A stretch of DNA of 63,982 nt, filler included, from an uncultured bacterium (GTDB taxonomy: Bacteria; Auribacterota; CAZIXI01): NCBI GenBank assembly GCA_964543115.1. It is 8 parts of 8 records of this genome, joined end to end, with 100 filler letters (N's around TTAATTAATTAA, not from the genome) between each part and the next. Parts side by side here need not be neighbours in the genome. Positions count along the whole stretch, not along the records: positions 52,540 to 61,041 come from CAZIXI010000151.1; positions 61,142 to 63,982 come from CAZIXI010000334.1; 6 more parts are not named here. One strand, 5' to 3'. Position numbers and translations under genes: made by a program. Positions 60,717-63,982 of the stretch are shown one piece after another (positions within the stretch are counted from its first letter, which is position 1; every line of letters starts with the position of its first letter). The notes beneath the pieces are model-generated. The model was not told the origin of the DNA and ran no database searches. It worked only from the letters and a program-made list of their open reading frames with translations.

Positions 60717-61041
60717 GGAATATCCTCGCTTTGTTTATTATCGTTTTCAGGTCTTGATATGACTCTGAATTGCCGGGTAAATCCAGTAGTGATTTTCTCT
60801 CGAGTTCGAATTTTTGGATGTTTTTATCATTTCTTATTGTGCCGGCATATTTGTAGTTGTTATTATCTTTTCCAGTGATAATATTATCAAAAGTAGATAT
60901 GTCATTATTTAAAATATTATTTATTAAGAGGTAATTATTATCAGTATTGATTCCCAGCTCTTTCATGATCTGGACCTGCCTTTTCCCGGTGATGATCCCC
61001 TTCCGGGACAGGTCAGAAACAATAAAGGCTATATTCAAGCC
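60709..61041 (-). CDS. cooC: CooC/AcsF nickel-insertion ATPase, C-terminal part (5'-truncated)
   Basis: IVSDLSRKGI...IMKELGI...LLIN...GTIRND..I..FEL..KSLLDL resembles the CooC C-terminus; stop overlaps the cooS start. Confidence 0.65.
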   Translation of the reverse strand, partial: GLNIAFIVSDLSRKGIITGKRQVQIMKELGINTDNNYLLINNILNNDISTFDNIITGKDNNNYKYAGTIRNDKNIQKFELERKSLLDLPGNSESYQDLKTIINKARIFHE

Positions 61042-61141
61042 NNNNNNNNNNNNNNNNNNNNNNNNNNNNNNNNNNNNNNNNNNNNTTAATTAATTAANNN
61101 NNNNNNNNNNNNNNNNNNNNNNNNNNNNNNNNNNNNNNNNN
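61042..61141. other. Artificial contig-joining spacer
   Basis: N44-TTAATTAATTAA-N44. Confidence 0.97.
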
Positions 61142-63789
61142 ATCCGGCCGTCTTTGCCCTCATCATAACGCAGAGCCAGATCCAGTTCCAAGAACCTTGA
61201 TAGTTTCCAATAATCGCGCAAAAGGAAAACGGTGTATTTCTGCGGGACTTTGTCGCCTATATACTTTTCTCCTCCTCCGCCGGGATAAAAAGACTGTGAG
61301 CTGTATGTTTCCCTGCCGGTGTAACGGTTAACCGCGCAGACAAACTGGTGGGATGCTATTCGCTTAATTAATTCCAGCTGACCGTTCCAGAAACGGGTGG
61401 TGTCGGTAGCCCGGTCAATACTGCTGAGTGTTTGGGCGGCAGAGTAATTTTTATCCCGGTACTTATATTTGTCTTGTTTACTTTTTGTGTAAATAACCAG
61501 GTCAGTATCCTGGTCGAATTGTTGATAGTAACCTAAGCCGAGTTCGTAGAGTTCGCCCTTAAAGCGCAGATTCGGATCATTATCCCACGGGGCCCAGGGA
61601 TAAGCATGATCACCCTGGTCCTGCAGCAGGGAAACGAAAGAGCCGTAGAGATGAGAACGCTCGGCAATAGCGTATTTAAGCATGGTGAGCGAGGTGATAT
61701 ATTCCGCGTCATCGTTTTCTGCCAGATAGCCATCCTCTTTTTCATAGGCGAAGGATTGCAGGAAGGCGTATTTGCCGGTGCCGCCGTTAAGCAGGGCGTT
61801 GTATTCTCTTGTTTTGTCTTCACCGAATTTTGCCGATAGGCGGCCGTTATATTCCGGTGTTTCGAACAGGGAGGTATAACTATTATAGGTATTAAAAGAA
61901 TTTTCGTTTACCGGCATGAGCAGACGGGCCTGCAGTAGTTCACTGCCGGCGGCGCGGGTGCGGCCGCGCAGGCGCAGATAAGTGGACCCGAGAAAACGGT
62001 GCGCTCCGCTGATACTGTAATCTGCCTGATATGAGCGCAAGGCCAGTTGGCTGCCCCAGGCGGCCAGGCCCAAGGCGTCATAGGCCTGGGCCAGGCTGAT
62101 ATTTTCCGTTGCCCGGTCCTGATCCAATAATAAGCGAGAACGGTAAACGGCGCGGTTATCGTTAAGGGCAATGGATTGATTGAGCTTTTCAATTGCCGCT
62201 ACCGGTTGATTCAGATCACTGTCAATGATACTGCCGTAGAGATAGGGAGTGGGATCATGCGGGTCAAGATAAGAGGCATAGGCCAGGGCCTTTTCGGCCA
62301 GAGTTATATATTTTGTGTAATTAACCGCTTCCTGTTTATTTACGCCCCAGTTAGCGAATTCCTTAGCTACCTGGTAGTAGGCCTTGCCCAGATAACTTTG
62401 ATAAAGAGATACCTTTGGTTCCAACAGGGTAGCGACGAGCATTTCTTTTAGACCGCGGGGAATATTTTTTAGTCTGATTTCAGCCAGACCAAGACCCAGG
62501 TGTCCTAAGCCCTGGGAGGAATCCTGACGGATACTTAGTTCAAAGTAGGAAACAGAGGCGCGGGTTTCGCCCTGGGCCAATAAGAGGAAACCTTTGCTGG
62601 CATTAACAACGCTTTCCCCGGGGGCGATGGCTAAGGCATGGTCAATAATTTCTGTTGCTTCATTTATTTTGTCAGAGCCAAAGAGCAGACGGCAGAGGGT
62701 AACCAGGGCCTGCACGTTCAGATCGTCTAAGGCCAGCGCCTGGCGGCAGGCGCTGATGGCCGCGGGAATATCGAATTGACTTTGCTCTACCCAGGCCAGG
62801 CTGACGTAGGCGGAAGGGGAGTCAGGATTAGTGCTTACCGCCAGTTCTGCCTCGGTTAAGGCTTTTTCCTTATTATTTTGTACCAGATAAATATTGGAAA
62901 GAATACTGTGAGCAAGAGAAAAATCAGGATTAATTTCCAGGGCACGCTGGAGATTTTCTTCTGCTGCTTTTGCCTGACCCACCAGTAGTTGAGCAAAGGC
63001 CAACTGGGTGAGCAGGCAGGGAGAATTGGGATTCTTTTTCAGGGCTTGGTTGACCAGGCTAATTGCCTCCGCAAGTTTCTTTTCCTGATAGAGAGTGATA
63101 AATTTTTCTACTACAGATAATTCTTCCGCACTGATGTTGGCATAATCCTGCCTGCAGATATTGCCCGGATAATACAGTGACCATTGCACGGCATCTTCTG
63201 GATTAATAATTACTGTTTTGTAAGGCGGCTTATTAATTTCCGCTACTCCTTGTTCTCCGGAATCAATGACCACTTCACCCTGTTCGTTTTTCAGGCTGAC
63301 CTTACCGTTAATTACCGTAACGGTGGTTTTTTTCTTTTCCGCCTGCACAACAAATTCCGTTCCCCTGATGGTAGCGCTGGCGATGGGGGTATCTACCTGC
63401 AGGTCCAGCAGCTCGCCGCCGCTGCGAATCCAGATCTCCCCGCTGACCAGATTAAATAAACTACGGGCGGTGCGGCCCCAGGAGATCTCACTGCTTGTGC
63501 CCAGTTTAATGTCTTTAAGTTCCAGGGTAGTGTTTTCGTTTAACTTGATTTGGGTTTGATCAATAAACAGGATCGCCGCCCGGCTGATTTTGCCGGTTTG
63601 GATCGTGTCCCGGGGATAGAGTTGTTGCAGGTCTGTGGCCGCTGTCCAGATACTGGTGTCGGCATGACGTATTTCCACCTGTCCCTGCGCGCTGATTAAT
63701 TCTGCCACGTAATCCTGGGCGGGAAGATAGGGAGAATGAATAATTATGAAAACTAATAATGATATAAATATAAATTTTTTTGATTTCAT
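61142..63789 (-). CDS. FecR-domain + TPR + TonB-receptor-like beta-barrel protein (3'-truncated)
   Basis: Signal peptide; LYPRDTIQTG..SRAAILF.DQTQIKLNENT, TPIASATIRGTEF (FecR); many TPRs (ALEINPDF, TNPDSP); SYLGKAY, LDPHDPTP, NDNRAVYRSRLLLDQD; amphipathic strands afterwards. Confidence 0.85.
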
Positions 63790-63825
63790 AAAAAAATAAT
63801 TATTGAATTAAGAGATTATATCAAA

Positions 63826-63981
63826 TTAACTAGTTAATTCATAGATATCTAATGCTGTTTCGCGGCCCTTGACCTTGATTTTATCCAGGTGGCGGCAGTT
63901 GAATGACTGGGGCAGCTGGCCTTTGGTGTATTCACTGATAATGATAGTTGTACCATACTGTTTGTTGGCGCCTTCCAGGCG
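63826..63981 (-). CDS. Class III adenylate/guanylate cyclase, C-terminal end (5' beyond the window; not in the ORF track)
   Basis: RLEGANKQYGTTIIISEYT...LDKIKVKGRETALDIYELTS*. Confidence 0.85.
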   Translation of the reverse strand, partial: RLEGANKQYGTTIIISEYTKGQLPQSFNCRHLDKIKVKGRETALDIYELTS

Positions 63982-63982
63982 G

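Noticed and set aside
8745..61141. Recurrent palindrome TTAATTAATTAA at regular ~8.7-kb spacing
   Set aside because: It is always centred in exactly 44+44 N and gives stops in all frames, so it is a concatenation linker. Gene neighbourhoods across it, and ORF tails ending XXXN or XXXLIN, are artefacts.
1068..63559. The many 60-230 aa ORFs overlapping long genes on the opposite strand or in another frame
   Set aside because: They have no recognisable motifs and are fully nested in confidently assigned CDSs; treated as shadow ORFs.

Overview
This is not one locus. It is eight pieces of about 8.5 kb or less (1-8744, 8845-17579, 17680-26411, 26512-35139, 35240-43814, 43915-52439, 52540-61041, 61142-63982). 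They are joined by an artificial 100-bp spacer (N44-TTAATTAATTAA-N44), so adjacency across spacers means nothing and most edge genes are truncated. Content fits a diderm anaerobe: ADP-heptose and Kdo/LPS genes, outer-membrane barrels, a Wood-Ljungdahl CODH/ACS operon, ppdK, gatA/gatB, holB, tRNA-Arg and RNase P RNA. The giant secreted genes resemble those reported for PVC-type candidate phyla such as Omnitrophota, but taxonomy is inference only. The most notable points are these. (1) Two giant secreted paralogs share a ~550-aa N-terminal 'IQDAH...TGGFH' module followed by unrelated cargo; one carries a P-loop kinase-like module, a CPBP-like membrane protease, an M48 peptidase and an ABC1/UbiB kinase in one chain of at least 2784 aa. 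(2) A dispersed ~45-bp spacer+hairpin repeat family occurs at six loci on four pieces, three of them in frame inside the giant genes. (3) A 2046-aa adhesin/beta-barrel protein has a second in-frame palindrome and a diverged copy of its own 3' end just upstream. (4) An aldolase/CMP-transferase glycan cluster may make a non-Kdo ulosonic acid. (5) An adenylate cyclase is followed by a FecR-TPR-barrel gene. All annotations come from motif reading without database searches.
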